A stretch of DNA of 64,000 nt. It comes from Perna viridis (Eukaryota). Shown here in pieces: positions 14,571-29,463 of this stretch. The notes beneath the pieces were generated by a model. That model saw only the letters and a list, made by a program, of their open reading frames with translations. It was not told the DNA's origin and did not search any database. The stretch's first letter is position 1, and every line of letters begins with the position of its first letter. Position numbers and translations under genes: made by a program. The stretch is from NCBI GenBank assembly GCA_037379345.1, contig CM074517.1, positions 4,836,001-4,900,000 on the forward strand, read 5' to 3'.

Positions 14571-16319
14571 GCACTTATTCCCTGAATGACCCATTGTGCA
14601 GAAAGTTTACTGTCATGACGACACTGTGCAATATGTTCTCTTATGATTTCGCTCCGCCTTAATGTCAATGTTGGTCATTATTGTGTCTTCCTGTCGTCAT
14701 TTGATTCTTAATTAAATTTGAAAAATTGTTATCGTTCTGTTACCGTGGATTTTATTACTTTTGTTGTCGGCCTTCCAGAGCTTACTTGAAGGTGTATTTA
14801 CACTTATTGAAGACCTTTTGGTGATCTATGTAAGTATTTACAATTTTTATAGAGGTTATACGATTGTGCATTTGTTGCTTTTTACCATATATGTTCCCTC
14901 TTCTATCAGAACGAATCTCTGCACAACTAGTCTATAATTAATTGTCAGAACCATTTCCTGTATCATTATTGTGATAGAACAACTGACTGTCTTATTTGTT
15001 CACTGTCAATACGACTCACTGCACAATTAGTTATTTGTCAGAATAACATTACTATATAACTTGTTGTCTGTCAGAACGACTCACTGTGCGATAAGTGTAC
15101 TGTTAGTACAACAGTCTGTACAATTTGTTCTGTCAAAATGACTCACTGAACAATAAGTGTACTATTGAAACAACAGTCTGTACAATTTGTTCTGTCAGAA
15201 CAACTCACTGAACAATAAGTGTACTATTAGAACAACCGTCTGCACAATTTGTTCTGTCAAAAAGACTTACTGAACAATAGATGTACTAAAGAAACACTCG
15301 CAGTACGATCGGTTAACTGTCTGTACAATTAGTTCTATCTGAACGACTCACTGTATAACAAGTGTGCTGTTGGAAAGACGACTTGCAGTATGGTTGGATC
15401 TCTATCAGAATGATTCAATGTAAAATCGACTCTTTGTCATAGTGAATCCATGTACTCCCAATACAACTAATTCTCTGTCAGAACACCTCACTGAACAAAA
15501 ACAAAAACGACTCATTGTAAAATCGATTTCTGTTAGAACGAATCACTAATCAATTACTTCTGCATCAGAACAACACCCTATGCAATTATTTTGTCCGAAC
15601 GACTCACCTGACAGTTAGATCTCTTTCTTGGTACCTAACTGTGCAATACTTCTCTTTTATATTCTCAATGTACGTCTTCTATATAAAGACCAAATTCGAT
15701 CTTCTGTGACAGAGTGCTCTACAATTAATTCACGCTCACAATAGTGGAAACGACTTGAAGCTCCCTGTACAACTTACCTTATATGTGTCTGTAAGGACTC
15801 GACATCGAGTGTATATCATGTCACTCACGACTTTCTTTAAGTATAATGAACTTTTTACAGAGTTTTAAAACTTGGATTCAGGCGGGGGCGTGACGGGCGT
15901 GCGGCTCCCCTAAAATTTGCAAAGCATGGGTTGTCAGGGATAGATTCAGCCGGTTTTAGGTTGAAATTTTAATTTCTGGCTAATTTTACCACAAAATATA
16001 TCTGCATTGCACCCACTCTAGAAGAATATTTCACTTTAGAAAAGGTAGAATAGGAATATACTGTAATCAATAATCGTTCTAAGAGATGTTCTCTTCAATT
16101 ACTTGTTTCGTTTTCATCCATCATATTCCAGCTTTCTTCATTGATAACTTCTTATATCTATTAGCGTTCAAAGTTAAAAGATACAGACTGAAATAGTTAA
16201 CAATTATAAAATTCTTTTAAATGCTAAAACCATTAGCATTTTTAAAACAAATGAGCGAACGATATATTTTAGTTGGTAAAAATGTTTGATTATCATTTTT
16301 GTTTTTTGGTATTTTTCAG

Positions 16320-16534
16320 ATAATCTTTACATGCACAGGACATGCTCTGCTAAACTGAATATTCACATAATGTTAGTTGACGGAGTTTGCCGATCTGAGA
16401 GTTTTGGAAACGGATATTTATGTATGTGTGGAAAACATCTATGCAACGAAGCAAATAGTCTTAAACTTGCCAATACACAAGTGTTTTATCTATCATTCTT
16501 AATGTCAACAATCTGGTTACTACGGCTACGATGA
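16320..16534 (+). CDS. quiver/sleepless-like protein A, coding exon 3 (end of LU domain plus GPI-type tail)
   Basis: tttttcAG acceptor; (D)NLYMHRTCSAK...VCRSESFGNGYLCMCGKHLCN, then a hydrophobic C-terminus. Spliced CDS 76+138+215 = 429 nt (142 aa) with 10 Cys in the domain. Confidence 0.9.
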
Positions 16535-17799
16535 CGTCAGGGCGTTATTCTATCATAATTTATCTATGCAAAATTCCTTCAGGGTGCACGTGTTGCTCAT
16601 ATGTTTTAGACAGTTAGCATATTGAAATCGTTTACCTGCTAAACATATCGAATTGTTCGTTTTTTTTTTATCTCCGTTGATTTGATCAAAGCTTTTTTAG
16701 CCGAATATCTAAGTCGTAAATTATGTTAAATATAGACGTTTCAAATAGCAAACCTGAATATACTACTCAGGAAACTAAAGTTGCAAAAATCAAAACTATA
16801 AAGATATGCACAATATTGGACGAAATTAATGCTTTTTTCCACCATTTGTAATATCGCAGAATAATAAAAATAATTTTGACGTAAATAACAATTTTAGTTC
16901 ATTAGACACTTGAAACCTTTGAAACGTAAGCCGTGCTAAATAATCTTTGCATTTTAGTAGCATATGTCTTTCAATACAAACATGTTATAATGTTTGTTTA
17001 TTCCACTAAGTCAAAAATGACATTTTCATGTTCAACCATCTCACTAAGCAATGGTTGACTATATTACGGAATGTGTCAAATGTCTTTCCACAAATCGTTG
17101 TCCTGTGGTTATTTCCTTCTGAACTCATTAAGTTGGCGATTAATAAAACCCACTCATCTTTCACTATCAAATCGAGCACCTTGTGATTGAGATGATGTAA
17201 CGGGGAAAGTGTTACTAATCAGTGATTGGAGTTGAAAATTAGAGAATGGGCCGTTTTACTGGTCTTCAAAACTCAAATAGGCTATTTTTCAATATCCTTA
17301 GTAAACATTTCTGATTTTAATGGGCCGTTTTTAGCTGAAATGTGATAATGGCGAGTTGCCATCTCTAATCCAAATCGCTGCTTATGACTGTCAAGTTAGG
17401 TGATGTCTTATATTTCTTAGCTTATCTCCATTTTTATCTTAACACAGACGATTATGGATCAGGTTTTTATCATCAGTCCAGCACCTACTTTGTACCCGTA
17501 ATAAAACATAAAACACTATGAGTTGTCGTGCTCACCCGTTATTTATAAATCATTTTGAATTGTTATGTATATCATGTACACCTTGTTATGTTTAGCCTTC
17601 ACTGTACAATTATTGTATACATGTATATATATTGTTCAATTTATGAATAAAAATCACCAAACACAGTAATGATGTAGAATATAAAATTTCTTATCACATA
17701 TCCTCGGCTAGCCTCGGTTGAGTATGCTTGGTAGTAGAGAAAGGTGTTTACGTGATTTGTTTGGTCATCGTGATGGGCTTACGCGATTTTGTTGGTTAT

Positions 17800-18310
17800 C
17801 CAGATTGGGCTTAATTGATTTGATTAATTATCTAAATGGGGCTTAGGTGATTTGATTGGTTATCTATTTGAGTTATCCAGTTGGAGGTTAAGTGATTTGA
17901 TTGGTTATCCAGTTGGAGATTAAGTGATTTGAATGGTTATCCTGATGGAGGTAAAATAAGTTGAAAAGTTACCCGAAAAAAGCTTAAGTATTAGGTTACT
18001 CAGACAGGTGTGAAGGGATTTGATTGGTCACCCGGAAAGAGCTAAAGTGTGTGAGACAAAGATAGTCAAGGACATAAAAAACCGGATGTTTATAAATTTT
18101 ATTGTCTTTTTGAAAGGAGGTTAATTCATGGAATTTGTAATCCACCCTGCGGATTTTGGTTATTCAGGCGGAGGTAAAGTGATTTGATTGGTTATCCAGA
18201 CGGAGGTTAAGTGATTTGATTGGTTATCCAGTTGGAGGTTAAGTGATTTGATTGGTTATCCAGTTGGAGGTTAAGTGATTTGATTTGTTATCCGGATAGG
18301 ACTTAAATGG
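17800..18310. repeat. 32-bp minisatellite
   Basis: gatttgattggttatccagttggaggttaagt. Confidence 0.8.
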
Positions 18311-19509
18311 TTTTATTGTATATCCAGATTTGTTATCACGGGTTTTGCAAGTGGAGTAATGGCGATTTGATTTTTTTACTGAGGCGGGGGTGAAGATATT
18401 CGATGGTAACCCAGGTTTCAGTGTTTACCCGAATAGGACTCATGAGATTGGAATTGTTGCTGTGATAAAATTTAAGTTCATTTGATGGAAGACGGACGAC
18501 GTATATCTCTCTGACTAAACTTCAGATAAGGTCTTTTCATCAGGTCTGTTATACCTTTCCTCGGTTATTTTCGATATTTTATATTTTTGAGCTAAACACT
18601 ACCAGAAACCAACGTTTTAAGGGAACCAAGGTTATAGCGGTAATCAAAAGAATGTAATCCAGGGACAAAGACCAGACATGGAAAACAGAGGAGGAAACCC
18701 AAATTACGGCGTGGGGTAGGGGCCGCTTAAGGCCCCCGGCGGGTCCAGGACAGCGCCCTGGGGACGAAGGCCCACCGGGCCGAAAACGAATTTAAGCTTT
18801 TTCAGTTCATTTTTTCACGATATATTTTGTAATAGTCTTAATGTATATTCACCGTGAACAGAAACATTGTTTATAATATTCGAACTCATCGGTTATTACC
18901 CTCCACGCCAGACAAAATTGCCGCGACCCACGACTGATTAAACACTGATTTGTATCTGGATTTAAAATTCCGTTTTTACTAACCTCGACCAAAAAATGTT
19001 TTTCGATCGGAAATTTCATAGCCGTAAAATACTCAGCGATTGGCGGCTGATTTTACCAGCTGCCGGCTACTATTGAAAACACTGTTTTGATAAGTCATTA
19101 CTAAGGATTATATTTGGAAATGAAAATACTGTTCGTGTCATTCTAAAGTTATACTAACAATACTAAAATACGAAAAATACAACAGGAACATGACGTATCA
19201 ATTGAAGGAACAAATAGGCGGTCAACTGATAAATATCTGTATTAAAGAAGGTGGTATTTTATCATTTTGGAGAGAACAGTGAAAGATATTGATGAAAAAC
19301 CAGGACATGGTAAAATGAAAAGTAAAAAAAAGATAGGATACCCAACGACTTTAACCCTATGTACATTTTAAAGACAACTGCGTATTAACCCAAAAATAAC
19401 TGATTAATTATTGGCAAAAGATAGATAATTCCTATGAATCATAGAAATGGACAATGCCAGAGTCACCAAAAGACAATAGTCAAAGAACTGGTCGAACAAC
19501 ACAAATTGC

Positions 19510-20922
19510 ACGGAAAAACGAATAACAAGAACACCGCCTTACCATTAGAGACACAAACACGGACAAACGAATAAGAAGAACCCCACCTTACCATTATAGA
19601 CACAAACACGGAAAAACGAATAACAAGAACCCCGCCCTATCATTAGAGACACAAACACAGACAAACGAATAAGAAGAACCCCGCCTTACCATTAGAGACA
19701 CAAACACGGACAAACGAATAAGAAGAACCCCGCCTTACCATTAGAGACACAAACACGGAAAAACGAATAACAAGAACCCAGCCTTACCATTAGAGACACA
19801 AACACGGACAAACGAATAACAAGAACCCCGCCTGACCATTAAAGACACAAACACGGAAAAACGAATAAGAAGAACCCCACCTTACCATTAGAGACACAAA
19901 CACGGAAAAACGAATAACAAGAACCCAGCCTTACCATTAGAGACACAAACACGGAAAAACGAATAACAAGAACCCAGCCTGACCATTAGAGACACAACAC
20001 GGAAAAACGAATAACAAGAACCCCGCCCTATCATTAGAGACACAAACACGGACAAACGAATAAGAAGAACCCCGCCTTACCATTAGAGCCACAACACGGA
20101 AAAACGAATAACAAGAACCCCGCCTTACCATTAGAGACACAAACACGGACAAACGAATAACCAGAACCCAGCCTGATCATTAGAGACACAAACACGGACA
20201 AACGAATGACAAGAACCCCGCCTGACCATCAAAGACACAAACACGGAAAAACGAATAAGAAGAACCCCACCTTACCATTAGAGACACAACACGGAAAAAC
20301 GAATAACAAGAACCCAGCCTGACCATTAAAGACACAGACACGGAAAAACGAATAACAAGAACCCAGCCTTTCTATTAAAGACACAACACGGAAAAACGAA
20401 TTACAAGAACCCCGCATTACCATTAGAGACACAAACACGGACAAACGAATAAGAAGAACCCCGCCTTACCATTAAAGACACAACACGGAAAAACGAATAA
20501 CAAGAACCCAACCTTACCATTAGAGACACAAACACGGAAAAACGAATAACAAGAACCCAGCCTGACCATTAGAGACACAACACGGAAAAACGAATAACAA
20601 AACCCCGCTCTATCATTAGAGACACAAACACGGAAAAACGAATAACAAGAACCCAGCCTGACCATTAGAGACACAACACGGAAAAACGAATAACAAAACC
20701 CCGCTCTATCATTAGAGACACAAACACGGACAAACGAATAACAAGAACCCAACCTTACCATTAGAGACACAAACACGGAAAAACGAATAACAAGAACCCC
20801 GCCTGACAATTAGAGACACAAACACTGAAAAACGAATAACAAGAACCCCGCCTGACCATTAGAGACACAACACGGAAAAACGAACGAATAACAAGAACCC
20901 CGCCTGACCATTAGAGACACAA
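19510..20922. repeat. 49-bp minisatellite (~29 copies)
   Basis: acacggaaaaacgaataacaagaaccccgccttaccattagagacacaa. Confidence 0.95.
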
Positions 20923-23900
20923 ACTCCTGATGCTCTAATATAAATAAGATAGTCGAATATTTAACAATGACATGTATAAACCCAGTTTGGTCGATAGGTG
21001 GGTAACACGAGTCCCTTTTTTGATTTGCATCTACTAAGTATTTGAAAAATGTTTGGTCAGAAAAAAATAATTCATTGCATACCCGTTATTTATTAGTTTA
21101 ATATTATTAAATCTCTTTTTTTTTCAAGGGCAAATACTTAATGGATTGATTGATTGATTGATTTCCTCCAAATTTCACATTTCTTCATGAAATTAAACAT
21201 ATTAAGGTATACTTAACAGAAGGATAAAAAAACAAGAGAAAAGATACATATCGTCAATCAGTTACTAGTATATAAACGTAATAATATAAAAAAAAGAACC
21301 AAAAAAGCCTTAGTCTCATTCTTATATAATGCTGCTTAAATTACAATATAGGTCATATTTGAACATCGCGTAGCTTAATCATATACTCCGAAATGTGACA
21401 CAGAAGGAAACTCCGTATATGTCCGACTCCGAGCTTGCAATGCTGGTGTCATGCCTCCAAGTATTGCTATAACCAGATCATCATCGTCTTGGTCGAAGGA
21501 GACTACGGAATTATTCACTGTTTATTATTCTATAAAACATTTCCGTGGATGGAATGGACGGGCTAACATATAATGCTTTAGTAAATCTGGTACATTAGCC
21601 ACTGTATGTGTAAAATTGTTATATAATCATTCTCAGTCTGTTTAAAGAGGGATAACTCTAAAATATTAAAAATTAAAATCAGAAGATTCAAGGAAGTTAC
21701 ATGTTCAATAGTAACTAAAATGGGTATCTGCGATATTTGCTTAGATTTGTTTGCTTTGATCTATGCTTAGATATTCTCAGGTGGATATATGGTTAGATAT
21801 CCTCATATGAATCTATGGTTAGATATCTCGTATGGATCTATGCTTAGATATCCTCATGCTAAACTATGCTTAGATATCCTCATGCAAAACTATGCTTCGA
21901 TATTCGTGTGGATCTATGTTTAATTATATTCTCATAAGTATATAGTTGTGCATAATTATCGCAATTTATAATACACGTCAGAGTCATCGTTTATTATGAG
22001 TGGTACGGAAAATAGGGATATGCCAAACACGGTAGGTGTTCGTTTCCCACAAATCATTGTACATGAACTCGTTTGCGCCTGAAATAAGTATCCGTGATCA
22101 CAGGGGTTTGCTCTGACTATCAAATATGCAGCCCCACTAGTATATTAGTCTATAATAATATACCAGTGGGTCTACATACTTGATAGTGGGAGCGAACCCC
22201 TGTGCAAGAACTACAATAAAGGTCTTCTTTCGTCCATTTCTTTATTGGTTGTTTCTCATTGATATTGTTTTTCGTGTAAATGCTACTCCTAGTATTTGGC
22301 ATTCTTTTTCTTTACGTTGGTCTCACGAGATCTCATGTGTATGTCACAAAATGATACACTGTTCATCAGTACATAGCAGTACAGTTTTTTTGTCTGTTTA
22401 ACTGTGTTTTTAACCTAAATCTAACCTCCCTATCATTTATGACTTATAATGAGGTTAAATATCATATAATGATTACCGGGGCCACCAGTATCAATCAATT
22501 TCTTATCTCCTGACCAACGTTTACAATACTTACTTGCATATGCTCTAGGTATATTGAAATACGTGTACAGATAGACTGGCACATATCAGATACCCTTTGT
22601 GACGCAGTTAAACAATTTAAAAAATGTACAATTGTGGCGCAAATAATATATGTACAAAGAAGTAATTCGTAAACAAAGATCAAATTAATTCAGAACAAAA
22701 TATAAATTTTTAAGAAATTAAAGAAATTTTCTGAATTTTTTTAGTCTCTTTCAAGGGGGATAATTGGCGGGAAAATGTTCTGTTGTAATGTATAAAGATT
22801 TTAGTTTATTTTAACATTGCAAAAAGAGTTTGGTGACCCCAATTTTTGTTTTGAAATATGAAAGAATGTCAGTGACGTTTTCTTTATATAAAGTTACAAG
22901 AAAATTAATCTACCAGTTTTTTAGAATCTGCGAAATATTGAAAATTCCCTAAGGAATCCATATAAAAAATGCAGTAAAATATTGGCTTTAATAAGTCTTG
23001 ATTATCTCTAAGTCAACTTTGGTGGCCTATGTTTTTTTAAATTTTTGAGACAAAACTAGGAAATTTTATTTATTAAAAATATTAGGTATGATCTACCCTA
23101 AATTAAACATATATGTGCCTGAAATATATTTCTATTGCCGATAGCTATTTTAAATATATGTACAAGTGTTTGATGTGATAGGCGATACTTTCCAGAATAA
23201 AATAACAGTCCACAAATATCATACAGAAAGTGATACATATCCTCTCTGTGCCCCTTCAGGATTAACGAGGCTATTAAAAACCCACAAATAGTCACATTAA
23301 TTTCTGATACAGTCACATAACCAGTCTGTATAGTTTGTCATTCCATTGTTGGACTTAGGAGAAAAAAACAATGTAGTGGCACTGTAGGTACGTCATATGA
23401 AGACGAAAAAAAAACAACGTTTGTTCGAAGGGGCTTTCAGCGTGTTGTGTCACCTTTCACATTGACAGAAACGCAATAAGCAATAATAAAGAGTTCTGCA
23501 AAATTTGTTCTCTATATCCTATCTGATTCTAGCATTGATGAGTCTATATTAACGTGCGTAAAACACACTCGTGTTCTTTCTTCCTTGATAGAACTTAACA
23601 GATCACTTATTACTTAACTATTAATGCGAGTAGTTCATCAATAATATAGATCCTGATTCTAATTCACACTGAAGTAGAAAACATTGTTTGTAGTAGAAAG
23701 CATCCGATCGATAATCAAATACATAACGTCATCCTGACTTCTTTTGTATGTATAAGCTGTTAATTGGGAGACCAATGATATTGAACAAGGCACAAATATT
23801 TCAAATATTGAAAGAACACATCAATAAAAGAATGTTAATATATAGCTAGATACACTGTCGTAATGGATTTATTTTCGATATCGATAAAAGGCAAACTTTA

Positions 23901-24199
23901 AGGAAAATAGAAACATACCGGGGGAAATTAACTGTGTCATGTGGGAATTATAATATTACTTTTACAGTCCGGATCATATCCGATATAAATCGCTGCAACT
24001 TATAGATGGAACCATCCGAGGGGTTCACGGTTCAGTTTATTGAACGTAGTAAACGTAGTTAAAGCTAAAAGCAATACACATTTATTGAATCAGTGTATTA
24101 ATGCCAGTGTATCCTAAAGCAACGTAAATGTATGTACCATGGAATTAGTCATCAAATATGGCTTGACTTGATTCTTTGAATTAAGGTGGAGAGAGTGTT

Positions 24200-24248
24200 A
24201 TGTCTTTCAAAATGGGATTATCAATAGTGCTGTGCCAACTTATAACCT
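24200..24248 (+). CDS. quiver/sleepless-like protein B, candidate coding exon 1 (signal peptide)
   Basis: ATG after an in-frame stop gives MSFKMGLSIVLCQLIT+T, then a GTAAGT donor. Phase 1 joins 35301 (T|AT = Tyr). Chosen by phase and signal-peptide character only. Confidence 0.55.
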
Positions 24249-24444
24249 GTAAGTTTAATCAATCATATTGTGTGTATTCGTATTCCCCAACATTTAGAAC
24301 ATTGAGTTGCTGCTGCTGTCTTCAAGGTTGATAGTTGCCTTATAAGTAAAAGATACCTTTCAGTAATTTTCCAAGATAATTGCCAGAAATCAAATTAAGA
24401 TAAGTACTAGTGTTTGTTGATCGATTTTGTTGATCCCTGCACAA

Positions 24445-24740
24445 TTACGTGTATATGTATAGCAAGTGTCGTTTCTCGTACATGTACCTATTACTTACGT
24501 GTATATGTATGGCAAGTTTTGTTTCTCATACAGGTACCTATTACTTACGTGTATATGTATAGCAAGCGTCGTTTCTCATAAAGGTACCTATTACTTACGT
24601 GTATGTGTATAGCAAGTTTTGTTTCTCATACATGTACCTATTACTTACGTGTATATGTATAGCAAGTTTTGTTTCTCATACAGGTACATATTACGTACGT
24701 GTATATGTATAGCAAGTTTTGTTTCTCATAGATGTGTCTA
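24445..24740. repeat. 50-bp minisatellite (6 copies)
   Basis: ttac(t/g)tacgtgtat recurs at 24491, 24541, 24591, 24641 and 24691. Confidence 0.92.
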
Positions 24741-24949
24741 TTCCCGACATTGGAAACAAAGGTTTGCAATTTATACATGACACAACTACTTAAGTGTGCA
24801 TGGTTGAGAGGGAAATGGAACGGGCGGAGAGACAACAATCCTACCAAACTGTAAAAATAGCCTTTGGACTTTCAATGAATGGTGGGAAATCTCTACATAG
24901 CCATGGAAAAAAGGACACATTGTCAAAAAGCGTATTAAACTAAAATTCA

Positions 24950-25470
24950 GTCTGACTGACCAAGATTTATTTACACTGACCATGATTCAACAAGACTTTG
25001 CAGTGTTCAAGAAGACTGATCAGGGTTTAACAAGACTATCCAGTGTTCTATATACGGCAAAGGATTCAACCAGACTAGCAATGATTAAACAAGACTGACC
25101 ATGATTCAACAAGACTAACCAGAATTCAACAAAACTAACCAGGATTAGATAGACTGACCAGAATTCAACAAGACTTACCAGGATTCTAAAGTCTTACATT
25201 GACAAGGATTCAACAAGACTAGCCAGTATTCTGAAGACGGCCCTGGAATCAACAAGGCTAACACGAATTTAACAAGACTGACTAGGATTCAACAAACTAA
25301 CCAGAAATCAACAAGACTAACAAGGATTCTAAAGGCGGCCTAGGATTCTACAAAACTAGCAAGGATTAAACAAAATGACCAGGATTCAAGAAGACTGACT
25401 TGAATTTAATCAGTTTAACCAGGATCCAAAATACTGACCAGGTTTCTATAGTCTGACTAGTATTCTAAGG
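24950..25470. repeat. Degenerate ~21-bp repeat
   Basis: ccaggattcaacaagactgac-like units. Confidence 0.75.
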
Positions 25471-25489
25471 ACTGAAAAGAATTCTTCAA

Positions 25490-26720
25490 AAGTCACATTA
25501 ACAAGAAGTTATTCAGACTGTTTACTGACTATAGTGAGTGGTCAGTCACACTGAAAAGAAGTTATCGCGACTATAGATTGACTAGTACTATAGTACAGTA
25601 ATTAGTCAATCATACTGACGAGCAGTTATTCAGTCTGTAGACTGACTACAATGAATGGTCAGTCATACTGAAAAGAAATTATTCAGTCTGTAGACTGACT
25701 ATGGTGATTGGTCAGTCACACTTATACTTTTCATACTTATTTTGCCAGGATCAAACAAGACTGACTTAGAGTGATTGGTCAGTCATACTGCAAAAAGGTT
25801 ATCCAGATTGTAGACTGACTATAGTGAGTGATCAGTCACACTGATATGAAGTTATCCCGACTGTAGACTGACTATGGTGAGTGGTCATTCACACTGATAT
25901 GATGTTATCCAGACTGTACACTTATCATAGTGAGTGATCGGTCACATTGATATGAAGTTATCCAGTATGTACACTTACTACAGTGATTGATTGGTCACGC
26001 TGATAAGAAGTTATCAAGACTGTTGACTGGCTATAGTGAGTGGCCAGTCACTCTGATAAGAAGTTATCCAGTCTGTAGACTGACTAAAATGAGTGGTCAG
26101 TCACACTGAAAAGAAGTTATCCAGTCTGTAGACTGACTAAAATGAGTGGTCAGTCATACTGAAAAGAAGTTATCCAGTCTGTAGACTGACTATAGTGAGT
26201 GATCAGTGTCACTTGTACTTTTCATACTTATTTGGTCAGGATCAAACAAGACTGACTTATAGTGAGTGGTAAGTCATACTGCAAAAAGGTTATTCAGACT
26301 GTAGACTGACTATAGTGAGTGATCAGACACACTGATATGAAGTTATCCCGACTGTAGACTGACTATGGTGAGTGGTCAGTCACACTGATATGATGTTATC
26401 CACACTGTACACTTACCATAGTGAGTGATCGGTCACACTGATATGAAGTTATCCAGTATGTACACTTACTACAGTGATTGGTCGGTCGCACTGATGAGAA
26501 GTTATCCCGACTGTAGACTGACTATAGTGAGTGGTCAGTCACACTGATAAGAAATTATCCCTAGTGTAGACTGGCTATAGTGAGTGGTCAGTCACACTGG
26601 TATGAAGTTATCCCGACTGTATACTTACTACAGTGATTGGTCGGTCGCACTGAAGAGAGGTTATCAAGACTGTTAACTGACTTTAATGAGTAGTCAGTCA
26701 CACTGATGAGAAGTTATCCG
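25490..26720. repeat. 53-bp minisatellite with a higher-order duplication
   Basis: cagtcacactgataagaagttatccagactgtagactgactatagtgagtggt; the same interrupting spacer occurs at ~25721 and ~26212. Confidence 0.9.
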
Positions 26721-29463
26721 GGCTAAATGCCTCATAAACGTGCTGAGTGGCTAGTCATAAAACTACAAAAAAGCGAATGTAATTGTGGTTGTGATCACTT
26801 GAATTACACATGAAGGTATATAAAAACGAATTGAACAAAAAGAACGCAACATTTTCTACGTCACGTATAACTTTTAGGCTTGGAGATTTGCTTAACTTGT
26901 TTACAAATTGTCTAAATTGATTTAGAGCTGCACTGAAGCTCCTCATACTTTGACCTGTCCGAAATATGGGATTCAATGCCCTATACATTTGAAAATACAA
27001 TAGAGAGTTTTTTTTTTCTCATAGGACGAACAAGAAACAGTCCGCAATCCCGGATCTTTTCTTTAAAGTAACGACGTTAAAATGATGTAATACGTCAGTC
27101 TAAATACGTACATATTAAAATAGACATTTCGGTGCAAGGTATAATGTATATTTTATCGAACTCCAGTGGTTGATCAGTTAAAATATCAATACACAAGCTG
27201 ACGAACCACTGTTGTATTCAAGGAGAATATATTCTGGAGTATACAGAACAAAAATAACTTACAATTGGATTCTCACACATTTATTTGACATCTGCTATCC
27301 TTATTTATATAATTGGATCAATCTCGAGAACTAACATTGTACAGTCGAACATAAAATAAAAATGCCAAAGCTACATATAAAATGATTGATAAACCTTCTC
27401 AGTGGCGGATCCAGAGTTTTAGGTAAGAGGGGAAGGGCAAATAAAATTCTTGACAGGATCACCGGTGAGGATCACGAAACTAGTGTTTTTCATGATTTAA
27501 CACATACATTTTTTCAACAATTTTATTCAGCCCCCCCCCCCCAGATCCGCCACTGCTTCCCGGTGTGTGTGTGTGTGTTTTTGCTACCTCTGCCCCTGCA
27601 ACCCTCCTTTTTTAACTGGATAGGAAGTCCGGACTATGGTTAAGGTTATCATGGTTCAGTGATATTGCAATACTCGTGTTAGATAGCTACATATATATAT
27701 ATACAAGAAAAAACTAGAAAACATTTAGTAATGCTCACTTCTCCATTCGATAACATGCACTGTTTGACTTTGATTAAAATCTTAAATCGGAGATGTACAA
27801 TGAGCATATGCAAATATCAAAGGTTTCATTAATTACGTTTATTCATGTAAGATGGGTCATTGATAAGAGATGGGTACCTCGCGTCGCCATATTCATAAAT
27901 AAAGAAGTCAATGATTTGCTAATGAGAACCCCCAAATCGATTACGATCAAAATCTAAAATAGGAGGTGTACCATGGGAATATTGATAATTTTTTATTGAA
28001 TCCATTCGGTGGTGTAGGAGGGATAAGGGATAATAGATAACTACACCTCTATGTAACGGAAGGAAGAAAGGAGGTACGGGCGGACGGAAGGAATGAAGAA
28101 TAGACATCCCTATTTCTGTATACTTCTACTTTGCAAGCGGGGGTATAAAAAAAATACAATATCACATTAGATTATCACTCGCTGTATTGTAAATATATTT
28201 ATGTTTATTTGTAACCTTAATGTCAGTATTTAACTGCCACTAATTTTGAAAATTGCTTATGACCCGAGTAAAATAATTGCAACATTAAATAGCAACCTCT
28301 TCAATTTGCACTTAACTCACCAAATGCACGTTATGAGCACTAGAGCACCAGAGCACTACTTCCTTAAGCTATGCTATATATCAATGATATAATTATTATT
28401 CATGAATTCGGGAGACGGATTGATATAACTCTAAGTAGCACTCCAGCGAAGAATCATGCAAAATGAGATACATGGTTGGAAACCCTACATATTTTTATTT
28501 TTGATATTTTGTTTAAAATGCTTAGGTAAATAAAAAAAATATGTAGCTTTTCATAGAACCCTTTTTCATGAGAGATAACAATTATATAAAATGCACTGTA
28601 GAATTCAAAATTAAGTAAGGTAACTCTGTCAATGACACTAACAGACAATAGAAACTGTTGAATTTCTTCTAATAGCAGACAGATTGGAATGAATAATTAC
28701 ATAATTCATTATATAGACATATAAAGCTACTTAATAACAAAATAAAAATGTATAGCCTTTTTGGGGTGTATCACATTTTTCAAAACTTGCATGAGTCTTA
28801 CAAAGACTACTGTTTTTAAAAGTTCTGAATCGTGTAATTAATTTGCTAGAAGTTCGTTTTATTCTATTTTTTGACTTGATATTAAAATATACAAATTACT
28901 TAAATATGTTTAAATTAACTACCCCGTGAGACTCCATGATAGGCTTAATAAAAGTTTTGTATTATAATTATAAAAAAATAGGCCAAAACCAGCTTGTTTA
29001 AGATCTTAAGTAATTTGCATATTTTAACATGAAGTAAATATAATTAAATACTAAATACAGCGAGGCAAAAATAATTGTGGGATGGGGTAGAATTTGTGCA
29101 GATTCAAGACTTCATGCATTTTTTTCATTAATGAACAATGGCGTGAAATATTATACTTATTATATACTTCCACCATTGTTTGATTAGCCCTGTGTTCGGT
29201 TTCATAATAAAATCCCAAATTAGGACTTTCCTCAAATATTTCCTCAACTCAAGTTTCGACCAATGAGATCTCTTGAAATTGAAATTTGAGAGACTCAGGA
29301 TTTGAGGAAATTTTAAACTTGAGATTGCTAGGCCTGAACACCAACTGTATGCCTAATTTATTTTTTTTCAGTTCTATATGTGGTGAAGCTTGCACTCTCA
29401 AGTGATGGCATTGATCCTATACTAGGTAAGTGTATATTTATATGGTGAAGCTTGCGCTGTGAA

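Noticed and set aside
19510-20922. CRISPR-like regular array and the minus-strand ORFs 19937-20809
   Set aside because: Head-to-tail 49-bp units with no unique spacers and no cas genes, in a eukaryotic context; the ORFs are repeat translations.
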